Below are positions 46,359-58,520 of a DNA stretch of 64,000 nucleotides, one piece after another. The position numbers were made by a program, and so were the translations under genes. The first letter of the stretch is position 1, and every line of letters begins with the position of its first letter. Below the pieces are notes generated by a model. That model had not been told where the DNA came from and did not search any database. It saw only the letters and a program-made list of their open reading frames with translations. The stretch is from Hemiscyllium ocellatum (lineage: Eukaryota). Location: assembly GCF_020745735.1 (NCBI RefSeq), contig NC_083429.1, positions 43,753,877 to 43,817,876 of the forward strand, given 5' to 3'.

Positions 46359-48536
46359 CAAGGCAGAATAAAATCTCTGCAAAACAAAGAAACTTAGGAC
46401 ATATTTTATTGAAAAAGCACAGTATTTTTTTAAAACACCAATATCTTTATATAGTCAATCCTTATCATAACAAACTTTATTTTTTCTCTGGATGCAATCC
46501 GAAGGACTAATTGAGTCTATGTGATTCAAATAATCTTGGTTACAACAAAACACTTTCTTATAACAGACATGAACTAATTCCACTGCATCATTTGAAATGT
46601 TTAGTTCCATTAAAACAAACTGCACAGCAGTAATTATTATGGCACTTACACTAAATGTCTAGTACTATTGTTGTCTCCTGAACATAGTGCCAGAACATAA
46701 AATACTCAAAACTGTGGCAATACAACTCTTTTCTTTAAAAAGAGTCCATTGTTTAAAAAGTAATTTGAATAATTCAAACTTGATAAATATTCCAATTATA
46801 AAAAGCTTACTGTTCCAATCCCCAAAAGATACAACTAGATTAGTTACATCCATCTTCAGTTCTGGAATTCATTTTATAAATCTCCAAACAACAGTATATC
46901 AGCCACATAATGTTCATTAAAAAAAACAAAATTTAAAAATTAATAGGAATACTGACTTTAAAAAGCATTTATACTTGAAAAATCTGTGATATTATGAATT
47001 TTTATTTTTTTTTTAAAATGGAAAGGAATTACCAAAACAGAAATCTTTCAAAGACTGCACTTTTTCCAAAAATCTTAATCTAGAAATCCTAATTCTTCTT
47101 TATCTAACTTCTAATTTTCATCATTTAGTTTTGCAGAATTCTGATCCTAAATAAGATTCATAAAATTCCACTTGGCCCTGAAAGATCGAGGCAGTATCGC
47201 TTGCTGTTCTGTGACATTTTGAAACCTGTATTGTTTATCTAACTAATATATTACAGAGCAAAATGTGTGTGTATGGCTCCGTTTCATTAAATGGAGAACA
47301 AACACAAATTCATTATGCCTTTCATTCTGGGCAATCAAGTTACAAATAATATATTGGCATCATTACATACAAGACTAAAAATGTTAATAAATCCACACCT
47401 TTCTTGTAATCTCATTTTAAATGCTCTTTTAGCCTTCATAAATGCTATATAGTATTTCAGCTTGCAAGTCTCCAGTGAAGCTATTCTGTGACAGGACAGC
47501 AGGGGGAACTTGATGCTCACCCAACATTTCTATTATTGATCGGAGCAAAGTCAGTATTTTCCCATATAAATTTGCATGTTAAAGATTTCATTTTAAGTTG
47601 ATAAAAAATCAGGAACATCAATTTAATAAGGCAGATAATAGCCTTTGATTTATCTTTCTTAAGGAATAAAGATAATGAGAGTTCAAGGAAGTATTTTGTC
47701 TTGTCTTGGTTTGGAATCTTTTGGTATAATTGTCTTATAAATGAATTCCACTGTTTCTTCTTCCAAATAAACTACATCTCTCACTTCCAACCAACCTCCT
47801 GCAGCTGGAAAGCAGAAAAATCCACACCACAAACCATGCTAATCTTAGCAAAGGCACACTTACTGCAGATAAGGAAAACAACTGCAATTCGTCAGAGGTC
47901 CTACCCCAAAGCAGAAGGGGCATCTTTCATTACTATGTCATCTCACCTGTCAGCAAAAAAGGTCATGTTTAATTAAGCATTAATGCTCAAAACCGTTCAG
48001 TTGAAAAATCTTTGCTGTAACACCCAAGAGCTCAGTGTAACCAAATGACATGGATGAGATTTATAGATTGGTCACAAAAATCATTTGAAGTTTTTGAACA
48101 ACTCAAAACTGAAAAAAGTCAGAACCTGAATTGCATTTGCTGCTAAGCTAGAACAATTTACAACTTTGTATATCCCAAACGTTGAGGTTGCAACAATACA
48201 AATATTTTACTGAAGTTGCTTTTCACAATACTGATGTTAGCAAAATTCAACTTATTGCTCATGGTAACAGCATGACAATTGTACATCAGTACAGCAACTA
48301 ACAGTCATTCAGCTTTACAATGAATTGTCTATTTTCATCAGCACAAGGCATCTGTTCTTGGGCAACTTTTGTACTCGTCTCTCCTTTCCAGTCACATTTG
48401 GTAGTTGGCACAGGAACTGAAGACAAACAAGGACATGAAGACTTGAGTGGTATCTTTTTGTTCTTTGGTGGGTTGTCCTCTTGTCCTTTTGCGATTAAAA
48501 ATAAAGAAATCAGCCAACTTTGGGGAGAGAATCAGT

Positions 48537-48620
48537 CTACCTACTGTCTCCATGGTCTTCTTCAACCCAAGCAACTATTTTGCCTTCCCAACCAGGTATA
48601 ATATCATCATCATGGAAAAG
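48537..48620 (-). CDS. DIXDC1: DIXDC1 (dixin/Ccd1) last coding exon
   Basis: CTGCAG|[27 protein letters not shown]; resembles human [26 protein letters not shown]. Confidence 0.96.
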   Translation of the reverse strand, partial: LFHDDDIIPGWEGKIVAWVEEDHGDSR

Positions 48621-48992
48621 CTGCAGAAAGAAAACAGAAATAAAGCTAAGATTTTAAAGTATATAATTTTGTTATAGATTTTATGGTGCTCCACACATGC
48701 TATTTATATACACATTTATTAATTATTTCTTACATATATTTTTGCATTTCTTTGTCAATATATAAGAGCACATTTGCAGAAAAAAAAATCTCATGACACA
48801 GCTACCTGAAGTTAAACTAGTTTAGTACAGACTGGGCACAGAATGCATTTTATGTACCAGCGGCACCCACTTTCATGTTACAAAATATTTCACTGATCAT
48901 TGCCCTGTCAAACTAAGAATAAAAAAAATCAAGAAGTAATGAATAGAATAATGTTATTTTCCAGAACATGATGCCAATGACTGGATTTTTAC

Positions 48993-49101
48993 CTCTTCCT
49001 TCACAGTGCCAAATTCAGGATCCAATGCCTTAAAGTGATATCTATAATTCCCTTCCCGATCTATTGCTGCTTTAAAATCTTTTAGAGTCACTTCACCAAG
49101 C
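48993..49101 (-). CDS. DIXDC1: DIXDC1 exon, DIX domain
   Basis: [36 protein letters not shown]. Confidence 0.97.
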
Positions 49102-49235
49102 CTGTAGGGATAAAGTTGATAATAAATTAAGGGCATACAGTTTGGAGAAGGATTTTTTTTTGCATTATTTTAAATATAAGATTTTCCCTGATGCAGTACA
49201 CACACACCTCAAGAATTGCTGATCTTGTAAAAGGG

Positions 49236-49672
49236 AAGTAGTGATGTTGTGGTAATGTGACAAGATCAGAGACCTACACTGATGCTATGGTTTCAGATAC
49301 CACCATGGCAACTGATAGGGTTTGAATGCAATTAATGATCATGGTATTGAAAAGTTAGTCTAATGCTCTGGGGACTTGGATACAAGCAACTGAATTTAAA
49401 TTCAAATGAGTAACTGTGGAATATAAACCTAGTCTCAGTAATGGTGACCATGTACTACCATTGATTATAAAAACCATTCTTCTTCACTAATGTCCTCCAG
49501 TGAAGGAAATCTGTTGTCCTTACCTGTTCTGACTTATATGTGATTCCAGATCCACAACAAGGTGGTTGCTTCTGCCCTCTGAAATGGCCATATAACCCAC
49601 TGAGTCCTGGAACAATCAGGGTCAGGAAACAGATGCTGGCCTTGCTAACAGCACCCTCATCCCATAAAAGAA
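49236..49672 (+). mobile_element. old tRNA-derived SINE with L2-like tail
   Basis: TGTTGTGGTAATGT head; AGTAATGGTGACCATG...GAAGGAAATCTG...GATGCTGGCCTTGC..CATCCCAT. Confidence 0.6.
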
Positions 49673-50246
49673 GAAATGTTTGGAAAATGTACAGGAGCAG
49701 CCTAGGCTAATTGAGTTGTGTTTTTCTCCTTTTTGCAAGAGTTCTGCATGTTTCTTCCTAAGGATATGGCTAAGATTAAGTATTCACATTTGGAGATATG
49801 AATGAAATTGTATCCCATCATTCCAGGGTTGAGCAAAATGAAAGATTTAAACACATGGTATTCCTCATACATTTCTAAAACAAAACCTCCTGAAATAGGA
49901 CTCAAGCCTGCTGAGTTTCTCCAGCACTTTGCCTTTATTTCAAAACAAACTTCAATGTTCTCACAAAAACAACCTCAAGTCCTTTCATACTGCAATCCTC
50001 AATTTCAACAGAGTTAGTGAATGTCTTGGTAACTGAGTCACTGTAGCATTTTCAGTAGATTAAAAGCAACAGTCGCTGTGATACAAGACAGAAAAAAAAT
50101 TAAGAAAATTAATTAGGTTTTTTTCAAAAATAACATGAATGTTTAACCAAGTTTTTTTGCTAATCCTTTCAAATTGGAGGAAACAGTTTTCTGTTAGTTT
50201 CAGCTTTCAAGTATTTCTCTAGGCCAGTACAACATGAATTACTTGC

Positions 50247-50352
50247 CTCTTTGGGATGTTTACCATAAACGGTACAAGAGTCCGATCTGTGAAATACAGC
50301 ACTTTGGTGGAGACAAGACTGCTTAGACCAGGACTATTGTGAGAATGAAGAC
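50247..50352 (-). CDS. DIXDC1: DIXDC1 exon, start of DIX domain (GC donor)
   Basis: [34 protein letters not shown]; AG|GCAAGT. Confidence 0.94.
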
Positions 50353-50674
50353 CTGCCAAGAAAGAAAATTGATATCTTTTTAAAATAGTAAAACCACATA
50401 TTTTGACACACAATGGCAACTATGTGCAGGTGAATGACCTACAGTAAATGTGGATATCATATTGTGGAAATACATGTATAAAATAAAATTACACACTGCA
50501 GTGAATACAATAACACTATGATATGGAATCGGAAAGTGACAAATGTAAAGATTTTTCTTTCTCTAAAAACAAAGTAGGAAAGTTAAGAAATCAAATCAAC
50601 CTGCATATTAGGTTCACAGTGTTGTCTATCCCCAAACAAACATTAGTCAATGAATTGTTTGCTTCTGAACGTAC

Positions 50675-50741
50675 TGGAATTTGAAGGCCAGGATTCTCTC
50701 TCTGTATTTGCTTCTCTTCTTCCTGAATGTTTCACAGGAGT
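50675..50741 (-). CDS. DIXDC1: DIXDC1 exon (67 nt)
   Basis: CTAG|TPVKHSGRREANTERESWPSNS|GTACGT; RESWP matches human; phases fit both neighbours. Confidence 0.9.
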
Positions 50742-52327
50742 CTAGAGATATGAATGAAAAGAAATGGCAGAGAGTAAACATAACTATTTGTAGGCTGGAG
50801 ATTTCTTACTGTATTCACCAGTCTGTCATCTTCTACATATTCATTTTATTTGGGTAAATTCATCCCCTGATATCAGGAGGCTTTTCAAACCATGGTAAGA
50901 ATTAACACTGATCCAAAATCTGTCTTACTCTAACTCAAAACTCACACATACATACTTTCCTGCAGGAGTCATCAGGAAGGCAACTATGACAGATATGTTT
51001 TCTCTCCCTATCTCTGGAGCCTTTAGACCACTTACAATGGTCTCTCTAATTCAGTGCAAACCAAGATTTGAACCCAGGACCTTGAGATTCTTGCCTGATC
51101 TACTGCTACATCAATTGCACCTTTCTCCAGCACTTTGCCTTTATTTCATAACAAACTTCAATGTTCTCACAAAAACAACCTCAAGCCCTTTTATACTCCA
51201 ATCCTCAATTTCAACAGTTAGTGAATGTCTTGGTAACTGAGTCACTGTAATATTTTCAGTAGAGGAACAATCAGAGCTATTATTTTCTTTCTGAAAGCTA
51301 ACATTAATGAAAAAAAGTAAATGTATGCTCCAAACACTAATGTCAGGTTTGTATTTAAGGATAATATTCTGAAAATGGGGGAAGGACAAAAAAAAATCAA
51401 TTGAAGATTTAAGTGCTGGTGTTTAAAGAATCATTTGTGAGATGTATATAATGAAAATTATGGACTAAATTTTTCAGTCCATGAACCAATCTTCATAGAT
51501 GAAAAGTCTGACAAACTTTTGAAAAAGGTCACTCCTGAAATGTATAATAAGCTAAAGTTCATACTACTGCCCCTCAAACTGAGTAAAGTTCCATAGTTAC
51601 AGCAGCACCAATAGATATCAGTAGGCATTGTTGGTACTGCCAGGAGGCCCATGAAGAAATGATAAGGACAGGAGACAGGACAAATCCAGAGTTTTATGGC
51701 AGAGTGGAATTGGGTTCCCGAATAGGATGACAGCTTTTGGAGATCAGATGAGGTAGCACTAAGATGGGTGGGCACTATCATGAGTATGTTCCCGATCCAA
51801 ATGCGCGCATGCACACATACCATTTGTTGAGTTCTCTTTGCAGTCAAGTATTTTGACGAAGGAACTCAGTACAGAGTTTTAGAAACTCCTAGTAAAGACA
51901 GTGCCTTCATAAACTTGATGGAGGAACTCATTCTATAAATGATCCTTTACAGATATATTTAAGTCACAAAATATTCAAATGCAGATATACTATGTACTTC
52001 ACTTAATGGCAAAAGTAAAAAATATATTCAACATGTCGAGGTTGGAAATGAGTTGGGCGATATTAGTAATGATGCTTCCACACATTCACACACTACTGAA
52101 CTAAAAGCTGTAGCTCATTTAAAGTGAACTTTTTAACACCTTTGATAAAATCTTAAACCAAATAATTTCTTTTATTAATGCATATGCAATTAATATCCTA
52201 AAGCTCCATTTCAAGCAATGGTGGTTAGTCTTATTAATTTCAAGAGGCTAAAAAATGCATTAGAACTTGATCACTTAAAGAGCCCAACTGGAGATTAGTT
52301 TTACACAGACTGGAAAGATGTCCTTAC

Positions 52328-52489
52328 TTTGTTACCAGCTCTTCCCTGTGTTTCAGCCACGTGCATTCGTTCTAATAAACTTGCGATTCCTTGCTCCAGC
52401 GTGTCAATTGTGTGGTGCTGGGGGTCATGACCAGCAAAACTGCTTCGTAAACTGCGCAAGGAATCTCGGACTACTTGAAGGTCTTCTGT
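52328..52489 (-). CDS. DIXDC1: DIXDC1 exon
   Basis: TEDLQVVRDSLRSLRSSFAGHDPQHHTIDTLEQGIASLLERMHVAETQGRAGNK. Confidence 0.96.
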
Positions 52490-53176
52490 CTGAAAATGAG
52501 AATAAAGCACAAAATAAAATGCATAATGCTAGCAAGTGAGCTGTGATTTATTAAATGAATATTACAGAATTTAAGGGCATAGAAGTATTTTCCTCTAATT
52601 GCACACATACCAACAGCATAATATGAACTACAGACTTCAATGTGGTTTGAAATCAAAAGTTGAAAACAGCAACATGTAACGCTTGACATAACAAATATGT
52701 AGGAGATATATAGGCTTTGTAGTAGCCCGGGAGACACAGGTATGACAAGTATTTCAAAGGTGGTAAAGTATTTTTACTGATCAAAGAAGTATTACTGACC
52801 AATAAAATCTGAAAGATTTGACTCTCTGAACATCAGTTTATCTTTTCAAGCAAGATCATGCCAGACTATGACCTTCAAATGCAGCATAATTACATCTGTG
52901 CAGCACTAAATTTTCCTTTGCAATTTGGCTCCTATTTGTCACATCACTTTTTTTTGCAGATTTAACTTGGAGAAATGGAACATCTCTCAAAAATAAAAAA
53001 TAAACTTTCATTCTTATGATTTTCTCCTAGACATCAAATTCTACCTTTCATCTAATTTCTTCTAACTTTTAATTTTGCTAGATTAATCACTTATCAAATC
53101 CACATAATGAAAAGGCAATGTACACTTTGTAGATCTAATATCCTCTCAAATAATATTATACATTGCTATTTGGAAT

Positions 53177-54653
53177 TAGAGTCATAGAGTCATAGAGATG
53201 TACAGCATGGAAACAGATCCTTCGGTCCAACCCCTCTATGCCAACCAGATATCCCAACCCAATCTAGTCCCACCTGCCAGCACCCGGCCCATATCCCTCC
53301 AAACCCTTCCTATTCATATATCCATCCAAATCCCTCTTAAATGTTGCAACTGTACCACTTCACCACATCTTCTGGCAGCTCATTCCATACACCTACCACT
53401 CTCTGCGTGAAAAAGTTGCCCCTTAGGTCTCTTTTATACCTTTCCCCTCTCACCCTAAACCTATGCCCTCTAGTTCTGGACTCCCCGACCCCAGAGAAAA
53501 GACTTTGTCTATTTATCCTATCCATGCTCCTCATAATTTTGTAAACCTCAATAAGGTCACCGATGCTCCAGGGAAAATAGCCCCAGCCTGTTCAGCCTCT
53601 CCCTGTAGGTCAGATCCTCCAACCCTGGCAACATCCTTGTAAATCTTTTCTGAACCCTTTCAAGTTTCACAACATCTTTCCGATAGGAAGGAGACCAGAA
53701 CTGCACGCAATATTCCATCAGTGGCCTAACCAATGACCTGTACAGCCGCAACATGACCTCTCAACTCCTGTACTCAACACTCCGACCAATAAAGGAAAGC
53801 ATACCAAACGCCTTCTTCACTATCTTATCTACCTGTGACTCCACTTTCAAGGAGTTATGAACCTGATCTCTTTGTTCAGCAACACTCCCTAGAACCTTAC
53901 CATTAAGTGTATAAGTCCTGCTAAGATTTGCTTTCCCAAAATACAACACCTCACATTTATCTGAATTAAACTCCATCTGCTACTTCTCACCCCATTGGCC
54001 CATCTGGTCCAGATCCTGTTGTAATCTGAGGTAACCTTCTTCGCTGTCCACTACACCTCCAATTTTGGTGTCACCTGCAAACTTACTGTACCTCTCATGC
54101 TCGCATCCAAATCATTTATGTAAGTGACAAAAAGTAGAGGATCCAGCACCGATCCTTGTGGCACTCCACTGGTCACAGGCCTCCAGTCTGAAAAACAACC
54201 CTCCACCACCACCCTCTATCTTCTACCTTTGAGCCAGTTCTGTGTCCAAATGGCTAGTTCTCCCTGTATTCCATGAGATCTAACCTTGCTCATCAGTATC
54301 CCATGGGGAACCTTGTCGAACGCCTTACTGAAGTCCACATAGATCACATCTACTGCTCTGCTCTCATCAATCTTCTTTGTTACTTTTTCAAAAAACTCAA
54401 TCAAGTTTGTGAGACATGATTTCCCACTCACAAAGCCATGTTGACTATCCCGAATCAGTCCTTGCCTTTCCAAATACATGTACATCCTGTCCCTCAGGAT
54501 TCCCTCCAACAACTTGCCCACCACCGAGGTCAGGCTCACCGGTCTATAGATCCCTGGCTTGTCTTTATCGCCCTTCTTAAACAGTGGCACCACGTTTGCC
54601 AACCTCCAGTCTTCCGACACTTCACCTGTGACTATCGATGATACAAATATCTC
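53177..54653 (-). mobile_element. CR1/HER1 LINE, 5'-truncated (RT plus 3' UTR), disabled
   Basis: ORFs 54216-54620 (YRPVSLTS, DFSKAFDKV), 53761-53976, 53557-53754; tail (CTCTATGA)n; highly similar to the 8191 copy. Confidence 0.96.
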
Positions 54654-54699
54654 ATTATTCCTTACTATTGATTAAAATGTAGTGCCCTCTTTATTCAGA

Positions 54700-55370
54700 T
54701 TATGATGTGGTGGTGCCTGTGTTGGCCTGGGGTGGACAAAGTTAAAAATCGCACAACCAGTCCAGCAGGTTTATTTGGAAGTACAAGCTTTTGGAGCATT
54801 GCTCTTTCTTGTGGGGCAGGATCACAGGACACAGAATTTATAGTAAAAGATCAAAGTGTCATTACAACCAATGCAATGTATTGAACAAATCTAGATTGCT
54901 GTTAAGTCTTTCATCACTTAGAATGGGGATGCAGGTTTCGATTGATTAATATGTAAATCCCAGAATTTCTTTCAAACCACAGCCCCAAAATAACTTAAGG
55001 TTTTATCAGATTAAAATAAAGTGACATTTCAGCTCAGACAATGCATTAAAGGTGTGAGATTAAAAAGTCTGTCTGTATCCCAAACTTGACTCAGACATGG
55101 TTCTATTTCCCAAGTAGGAATTTGTAAAATGTCACATTGACTGATAGCCTACAGATCATAAGTTTTTGAACAAAATAGAATGTATCTGCAAATGTAAGTT
55201 CCCCCATGTAGACTTGTATGTATGTGTGTGTGTGTACATGAGAGACAGAGTGGGAAAGCAGAAAGCATGTGTATGCATACATGAGAGAGGGGAAAAGGGT
55301 GTGTGTGTGTGTGTGTGTTGGGGCGGGGGGGGAGAAGAGTTGCATTATCCAGGCAGTTTGCTCAGATGCC
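54700..55370 (-). mobile_element. Penelope-like pLTR (same family as the 16677 element), hammerhead core deleted
   Basis: Colinear with 16672-17520 minus the nested inserts; ends in a (TG)n-rich tract. Confidence 0.8.
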
Positions 55371-57933
55371 AAAATATCGCACAGCTTTTAAACACAAATG
55401 GTAGGTCGTAATGAGTTACTAAGACACAGTCATTTCATAATATCCATTCCTTCTCTTGTTACCGTTACAACTCAGAATCTGGTGTTGTGTGGGTAAATCA
55501 CCTCAAGCTATCTTTAATTCGGCTACTTACTAAAAAAATCTCACAGACAATCAAATACTGAAACAATGATGTAAACGTTATTGCATATAACAACCAAAAT
55601 AAAATCCTGAAGCAAGCAGGTTAAGCCTCACAATTCAACTTGGCTATTAGTCAATTAATGGTGAAATCGAGTTACAATACCAACAAAAACTGTTTGTCTT
55701 TGATGTCCAGGGTTTGATCTCTGTGCAGTGTGGTCCTTTGAAGTTCTGCTGAAGAGGAGTTCTGGTGGTGAAGTCGTATACAGTTTCTCATCCTTCAGGT
55801 CTATGGTGTGATATGATTGAAACTAAATGATCATCTTTCATCCAAAATATTAGTTACTCTTCTGAAGTCCTTGAGTCTGCAGCTCACTTCCTTATTAGAT
55901 GTAACTTCTGTGTTTCTTGTTACATTTGGCATTGGCTTGTCTGTTTGAAGTAATTACTTTCCTGTGATTAACTCCTTAAATTCTTCTGCAAGGCAATTAG
56001 TCTCCTTAAGGCTTAAACAGTCAGTTAATAAGCAGATGGCAAAACAGTTTTGTTTATGGAGTCTCAACTCCTTCTTTCCCCAGATATTTCATGTTGCAGC
56101 TGTACACAAATCTGGTGCAGCCACACTTAGAGTATTGCATACAATCCTGGTCACCACTATCTTTCCACCTTTTTCCTGACTGTGCATGGCAGGAAGGTCA
56201 AGGCCCATGGACGGCCTTTCCACCTGCATCCAATTGATGCCTTTCAGCTATCAGTTACTTTATGGAAGATCTGAAGACAACAATAGGGAATATAGATGAT
56301 GGATCAGATGAAAGGTTATCATAATTTGAAATATTACCAAAAATGACATGAATTCCTTAAAATTATGTGCCTTAAAGGGCACTCCTGCTGGACAGCATTG
56401 TTTGCTATGACCCACAGGGCTATTGTGTAAATTGCACCACCCTCCCCCTCTTGTTCTATCTAGTTTACTCTTCTATGATTGGCTCTCCACCCTACTATCA
56501 GTAGCTCTACAACCCCTCTCATCCATGACTGAATGATTGCTCTTCCCCTGCCACACCCACTGTGTTTCATGGTGGAATAATGCATCCCACCAAACTATTC
56601 CTTAACTCAATGTTAATGCTGAGGTCAATCACTCAAAATACTAACTGGTAATCTAGCTCCATACAATCAGCTGTTTCCTTTCCACTGAATTCAACATGAA
56701 GCCAATTCCTATTTTAAGCCTTTGTCAAATGATTTGCCTTGTTTTTATTTTAGATTTTCAATATTTCACATTCTTTGATTTCAACCTTTTGACAGTTATA
56801 ACCTGACAAAAGATATCCAAAAGAAATTATTAAAAAGGGACAAAACTCAAAACTTTTTGTCTTAAACTCATCAGGATAGAAACATAAGCAACCCGACTTT
56901 AGAAAGGGAATAATAATTTATATAGCCAGAGAAGAAGGTGCTCATTAGTTGGTATAGATATAGCATATCCATATATGTGCTCTTACACACATCTAAACAT
57001 CTTTTCCCCCATCACCTTAGGTATTTCTTCACCGGTTAACTATCACTAATAAATGATTTCCTTTAATTTCCAAAAATATTTATTGTTTCAATAAACATAT
57101 ATATGTAAATAATCCAAAGAAATGCTGATAACAGCACAGTACACATTGAGAAGTTGAAAAAGAATAATTTTCAGCAATATGTTTTTATGTAATTTTCTCA
57201 GAATATGATTTTAACATATGAAAAATTCTTCCATCTAACAAAAGGTCATTATAGTTAAGTCTCGAACGTACATCGATTCATCACCTTTCTTGTCCCTACA
57301 TCCAACTCTCCCGTTTCTCTGCTTCTTCAATAAAGTTGACCAACTTAGTTGAATGATAAAATTCAAACCAGGCAAGTCAACACCAGTTAGTTAGGAGACT
57401 GCCATGGGGATGCAGCAAGGATTGGCTGTCTTCATTACCCTTTCCTCAGTGAAAACATTGCAATTACAGAATTAGCTCCAACACAGATTGAATAGGCTTT
57501 TAAATCAATAATTAAAAATAACTATTGTGGCAGAGATTAGCTGCTTTAATATTACTCTTTAATTTGGATTCTGGGAACTTTCTGGTCTAATTCCTGCAGT
57601 TAATACTGTTAACATGCCTTTGACAGACCAGTGCAGTCATGAAGATCTATTTATAATTGAACTATAGAAAATGTTTTTGAAAAAAGCCACAATGCAATGG
57701 TTTTATCAGGTTTGTGGCAGAGGTTGTACTGATGTTGACTGTTGTGATACTAGATAGTTAACAAGACATGATTGATGTACAAACGTGATGTGGTTACTCC
57801 ATTTTTATCCAGAAATCATCCACCAAGGGCTACTAAGGAATCTTAGTGTAGTTTTTTTTAACAAGATAAATTCTACACAAAAGAGAGACCAAAAAAAAGT
57901 AGCACAAATACAATTTATCACATTTGTACTCAC

Positions 57934-58017
57934 CCCTCTATACACTGGAGAAGTAGTTTTGTTCAAGGATTGGATGTAGCCATTACTTGCTAATGGTTTA
58001 CCAGGATACCCAGACAC
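57934..58017 (-). CDS. DIXDC1: DIXDC1 exon (84 nt, phase 0-0)
   Basis: TTAG|VSGYPGKPLASNGYIQSLNKTTSPVYRG|GTGAGT; SNG...RG matches the human linker before DLQLVRD. Confidence 0.85.
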
Positions 58018-58045
58018 CTAACAAAATGTAAATAAGTCAAGGGTT

Positions 58046-58048
<3 letters not shown>

Positions 58049-58080
<32 letters not shown>
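58049..58080. repeat. (TA)16 microsatellite
   Basis: Direct count. Confidence 0.95.
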
Positions 58081-58085
<5 letters not shown>

Positions 58086-58422
58086 CCATTTAAACATGAT
58101 AGAAATAAAGTACTTCCATCCCAAAGACACCACATTTCACTTTCACTGATTTACTCAAACATAACAGCCCTAATATTTACAGAGGTGCAGCAAAATATGC
58201 AGCAGAAGGTGAAAATGCTGAGAACCCTGGAAGGGTCCTGGATGCAGAGGTCCTAATAGTTCCATTCCATTCAGCCAGTTCATGTTGGTGATATAATCTT
58301 CCATATTAGCAGTAGACATAAACACAATCGCTTTTATCCATCTTTCCTTCAAGTATAGATAAAGCTTCATGAGGTTAGGATAAAAAAATCAGCAAACTAA
58401 AGGCTGCAATGGTGGACTCTTA

Positions 58423-58520
58423 GGATCAAAGAGTGCAGTGCTGGAAAAGCACAGCCAGTCAGGCAGCATCCGAGGAGCAGGAGAGCCAATGTTTCGAGCA
58501 TAAGCCCTTCATCAGGAATG
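58423..58520 (-). mobile_element. PLE-derived family A fragment with mutated hammerhead
   Basis: - strand CTGATGAAGGGCTTATGCTCGAAACATTG. Confidence 0.75.
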
